64,000 nucleotides of DNA, from contig JAZDFF010000040.1 in NCBI GenBank assembly GCA_043808095.1, forward strand, positions 1,908 to 65,907, given 5' to 3'. The notes beneath the pieces were generated by a model. The model had not been told where the DNA came from. It did no database searches and saw nothing but the letters and a program-made list of their open reading frames with translations. Positions 63,995 through 64,000 of the stretch are shown here, in pieces; the first letter of the stretch is position 1; each line of letters opens with the position of its first letter. Made by a program: the position numbers and the translations under genes. Source of the DNA: Candidatus Omnitrophota bacterium (GTDB lineage Bacteria; Omnitrophota; Gorgyraeia; JAZDFF01).

Positions 63995-64000
63995 AGGGAA

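Overview
This is a 64-kb chromosomal segment of a diderm bacterium (LPS and BamA genes are present) in which every gene I can support lies on the minus strand. Housekeeping backbone, in coordinate order: recR-dnaX, tadA, serS, rtcB-archease, lpxI-lpxA-lpxC/fabZ-lpxD-skp-bamA, dnaB, rplI-rpsR-ssb-rpsF, pth-rplY-prs, glmU-spoVG-ispE, a split transketolase, hisG, apgM and a class II RNR (nrdJ), followed by a sugar-utilisation locus (LacI and ROK regulators, glycoside-hydrolase-like secreted proteins, an MFS transporter and an ABC sugar transporter). Nine intact tRNA genes are interspersed: Asn, Ser x4, Arg x2, Lys and Gln. The unusual part is the accessory layer, which is mostly homing-type selfish elements attached to tRNA genes. 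It consists of a 361-nt group I intron in tRNA-Asn(GUU); two LAGLIDADG genes abutting tRNA-Ser(GCU) and tRNA-Lys(CUU), one of which reads into the tRNA anticodon loop; a GIY-YIG gene bracketed by a roughly 85-bp direct repeat that includes the 5' end of tRNA-Ser(GGA); and two tRNA-Arg loci with the same nested architecture, in which degenerate 5' and 3' tRNA-Arg pieces flank an intact tRNA and the 5' piece carries an identical 120-nt structured insert in the D-loop. An RtcB-archease RNA-ligase pair sits between these loci. Other accessory features are a LAGLIDADG intein inside nrdJ, an Rhs/YD polymorphic-toxin locus (dockerin-YVTN-RHS) inserted into the conserved glmU-prs operon, and several families of structured intergenic repeats: a 5'-UTR two-hairpin element, a GCGGGATCCCGC palindrome, AATTNGTG arrays, a tRNA-proximal element and CCGCCA..TGGCGG hairpins.
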